Positions 1 to 1,979 of a stretch of 1,979 bases of DNA are shown in pieces (the stretch's first letter is position 1; each line of letters opens with the position of its first letter). Under the pieces are notes generated by a model that worked only from the letters and a program-made list of their open reading frames with translations, did no database searches and had not been told where the DNA came from. The stretch lies in NCBI RefSeq assembly GCF_003334815.1, contig NZ_QOWO01000090.1. The stretch is one strand, 5' to 3'. The position numbers and the translations under genes were made by a program. This DNA is from Escherichia coli (GTDB lineage: Bacteria > Pseudomonadota > Gammaproteobacteria > Enterobacterales > Enterobacteriaceae).

Positions 1-810
1 AACCAGATGGACCCGGTGTACACGCCGGCGCGAAAAATCCACCTGTACCACTGCGACCATCGCGGCCTGCCGCTGGCGCTTGTCAGCACGGAAGGGGCAA
101 CAGAATGGTGCGCAGAATACGATGAATGGGGCAACCTGCTGAATGAAGAGAACCCGCATCAGCTGCAGCAGCTTATCCGCCTGCCGGGGCAGCAGTATGA
201 TGAGGAGTCCGGCCTGTATTACAACCGCCACCGCTATTATGACCCGCTGCAGGGGAGGTATATCACTCAGGATCCGATTGGGCTGAAGGGGGGATGGAAT
301 TTTTATCAGTATCCGCTGAATCCGGTTCAGTATATAGATTCAATGGGACTGGCATCAAAATATGGACACTTAAATAATGGCGGATATGGAGCGAGACCCA
401 ACAAACCGCCTACGCCCGATCCAAGTAAATTGCCGGACATAGCGAAACAATTAAGACTGCCATATCCTATTGACCAGGCCAGTAGTGCGCCTAATGTTTT
501 CAAAACATTCTTCAGAGCATTAAGCCCTTACGACTACACACTGTATTGCAGGAAGTGGGTAAAACCAAATCTGACTTGTACGCCACAGGATGATTCCCAG
601 TATCCAGGGATGGATACAAAGACAGCAAGTGATTACCTGCCACAGACAAATTGGCCAACAACTCAATTACCACCAGGATATACTTGTGCAGAACCCTATT
701 TATTCCCAGACATTAATAAACCCGATGGGCCAGCAACAGCAGGGATAGATGATTTGGGTGAAATTTTAGCTAAGATGAAACAGAGAACATCGAGAGGAAT
801 AAGAAAATGA
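1..810 (+). CDS. Rhs-family polymorphic toxin, 3' portion (5'-partial; gene begins upstream of the window). Core end is 1-351, variable C-terminal tip is 352-807, stop TGA is 808-810.
   Basis: Frame 1 is open from base 1; the ATG at 7 is an internal Met, not the true start. The translation ends in a typical Rhs core terminus (YDEWGNLL...[45 protein letters not shown]) with the DPxGL-(17 aa)-DxxGL boundary motif, followed by an unrelated 152-aa extension. GC content by eye falls from high-50s percent to about 40 percent at position 352. Confidence 0.9.
352..807 (+). other. Variable Rhs C-terminal tip (putative toxin domain, about 152 aa, unassigned family)
   Basis: Begins immediately after DSMGL (ends at nt 351). 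AT-rich relative to the core. Pro/Tyr/Thr-rich, with 3 Cys (residues 181, 191 and 227 of the track ORF). No nuclease, deaminase or ADP-ribosyltransferase motif recognisable by eye. Confidence 0.6.
794..798 (+). promoter_or_regulatory. Ribosome-binding site for the downstream immunity ORF
   Basis: GAGGA lies 8 nt upstream of the ATG at 807, inside the 3' end of the toxin CDS. Confidence 0.45.
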
Positions 811-1376
811 AAAGAGTTTTGTTCTTTTTGCTGATGATATTTGTTAGTTTTGGTGTTATAGCTGATTGCGAAATACAAGCTAAAGATCATGATTGTTTTA
901 CTATTTTCGCTAAGGGTACTATTTTTTCCGCGTTTCCTGTCTTAAATAATAAAGCCATGTGGAGATGGTATCAGAATGAGGACATCGGTGAGTATTATTG
1001 GCAAACAGAACTGGGTACATGTAAAAATAATAAATTCACACCAAGCGGGGCGAGACTCTTAATTCGCGTCGGGTCACTACGCCTTAATGAAAATCATGCC
1101 ATCAAAGGAACGTTGCAGGAGTTGATAAATACAGCAGAAAAAACGGCGTTTCTCGGCGATCGGTTTAGAAGTTATATAAGAGCGGGTATCTATCAAAAAA
1201 AGAGCAGTGATCCAGTTCAGTTGTTGGCAGTCCTTGATAATTCAATCATGGTAAAATATTTTAAAGATGAGAAACCAACTTATGCTCGAATGACAGCACA
1301 TCTCCCGAACAAAAATGAGTCTTACGAATGTTTAATAAAGATACAGCATGAACTAATTCGTAGTGAAGAGAAATAA
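807..1376 (+). CDS. Putative Rhs immunity protein (189 aa) with predicted N-terminal Sec signal peptide; function inferred from position only
   Basis: The ATG at 807-809 overlaps the toxin TGA at 808-810 (ATGA). A GAGGA Shine-Dalgarno sits at 794-798, 8 nt upstream. The N-terminus [22 protein letters not shown] has a basic n-region, a hydrophobic core and a V-I-A signal peptidase I-like site. AT-rich like the toxin tip. Its position directly 3' of the Rhs tip is the canonical immunity gene location. Confidence 0.75.
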
Positions 1377-1446
1377 AATCTCTTCCTGAGAAAACAAATT
1401 AATCATTGTGAAAAATTATATAACTCATGGAATAGGTGTTTATTTT

Positions 1447-1488
1447 GCGTTCCATTTGCAGGGAAAGATCACGTAACGCTACTTTTTT
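1447..1488 (+). terminator. Weak candidate Rho-independent terminator after the immunity gene
   Basis: Imperfect inverted repeat GCGTTCC (1447-1453) / GTAACGC (1473-1479) followed by TTTTTT (1483-1488). The stem is short with one mismatch and the loop is about 19 nt, so support is poor. Confidence 0.2.
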
Positions 1489-1590
1489 GTACTAAATAAT
1501 TCGAATTTTAAGTTCAACAATTGAGATACTACTTATTGTCTAAAGCTGTTTTTCATAGCTTATACATGATCAAATACTCCTTACATAAAT

Positions 1591-1596
1591 AAGGTG
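1591..1596 (+). promoter_or_regulatory. Ribosome-binding site of the H-repeat transposase frame
   Basis: AAGGTG lies 5 nt upstream of the ATG at 1602. Confidence 0.4.
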
Positions 1597-1601
1597 AACA
1601 A

Positions 1602-1979
1602 ATGGAACTTAAAAAATTGATGGAACATATTTCTATTATTCCCGATTACAGATAAGCCTGGAAAGTAGAGCATAAATTGTCAGGCATCCTACTATTGACT
1701 ATTTTTGCCGTTATTTCTGGTGCAGAAAGTTGGGAAGATATAGAGGATTTCGGGGAAACACATCTCGATTTCTTGAAGCAATATGGTGATTTTGAAAATG
1801 GTATTCCTGTTCACGATACTATTGCCAGAGTTGTATCCTGTATCAGTCCTGCAAAATTTCACGAGTGCTTTATTAACTGGATGCGTGATTGCCATTCATC
1901 AAATGATAAAGACGTCATTGCAATTGATGGAAAAACGCTCCGGCACTCTTATGACAAGAGTCGCCGCAGGGGAGCGATT
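1602..1979 (+). pseudogene. H-repeat-associated protein / ISAs1-family transposase, N-terminal part (3'-partial, runs off window), interrupted by an in-frame TAA at 1653-1655
   Basis: Frame 3 translation: [125 protein letters not shown]. From memory this matches the N-terminus of enterobacterial H-rpt (ISAs1-family) transposases, which are classically found next to Rhs elements. The stop sits where I recall homologs having Gln (CAA). Confidence 0.8.
1602..1979 (+). mobile_element. H-rpt / ISAs1-family insertion element, left portion. The true left boundary probably lies somewhere in 1377-1601 but cannot be placed.
   Basis: Transposase reading frame as above. No terminal inverted repeat can be defined because the right end is outside the window. 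Confidence 0.6.

Noticed and set aside
7-9. ATG at 7 as the start of the first CDS (as listed in the ORF track)
   Set aside because: The frame is open from base 1 and the encoded sequence is the end of a much longer Rhs core; the true start is upstream of the window.
807-872. Lipoprotein signal (lipobox) on the immunity ORF
   Set aside because: The residue before the first Cys is Asp (VIAD-C), which does not fit the L-[AS]-[GA]-C lipobox. A signal peptidase I site after VIA is more plausible.
696-890. 64-aa ORF on the minus strand
   Set aside because: It lies entirely antisense to the toxin/immunity junction, which is well supported on the plus strand. No RBS was seen and the sequence is low-complexity, so it is most likely a chance ORF in AT-rich DNA.
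1536-1566. Sigma70-like promoter for the H-rpt gene (TTGTCT ... TATACA)
   Set aside because: The spacing is about 19 bp and both hexamers are weak; in AT-rich DNA such matches occur by chance, so it is not reported as a feature.
1692-1895. 67-aa ORF on the minus strand
   Set aside because: It is antisense to the clearly recognisable H-rpt transposase frame on the plus strand, so it is a spurious shadow ORF.
1-1979. CRISPR arrays, tRNA/rRNA genes, tandem repeats
   Set aside because: No regularly spaced direct repeats, no tRNA-like cloverleaf candidates and no conserved rRNA segments were seen on reading through both strands.

Overview
This window covers the 3' end of an Rhs-family polymorphic toxin locus. 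Positions 1-351 (+) encode the end of the conserved, GC-rich Rhs core, finishing in the DPxGL...DxxGL boundary motif (DPIGL-17 aa-DSMGL). Positions 352-807 encode an AT-rich, roughly 152-aa variable C-terminal tip that I cannot assign to any toxin family by eye. A 189-aa ORF (807-1376, +) starts in an ATGA overlap with the toxin stop codon and has a signal-peptide-like N-terminus; it is the likely cognate immunity protein. After a 225-bp AT-rich spacer, an H-repeat (ISAs1-family) transposase reading frame starts at 1602 and runs off the window end, interrupted by an in-frame TAA at codon 18, so it is probably a pseudogene. The six-frame track missed this frame. No tRNA, rRNA or CRISPR features were seen. 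The candidate novel system is the toxin tip plus secreted immunity pair; all functional assignments for these two are inference from context.
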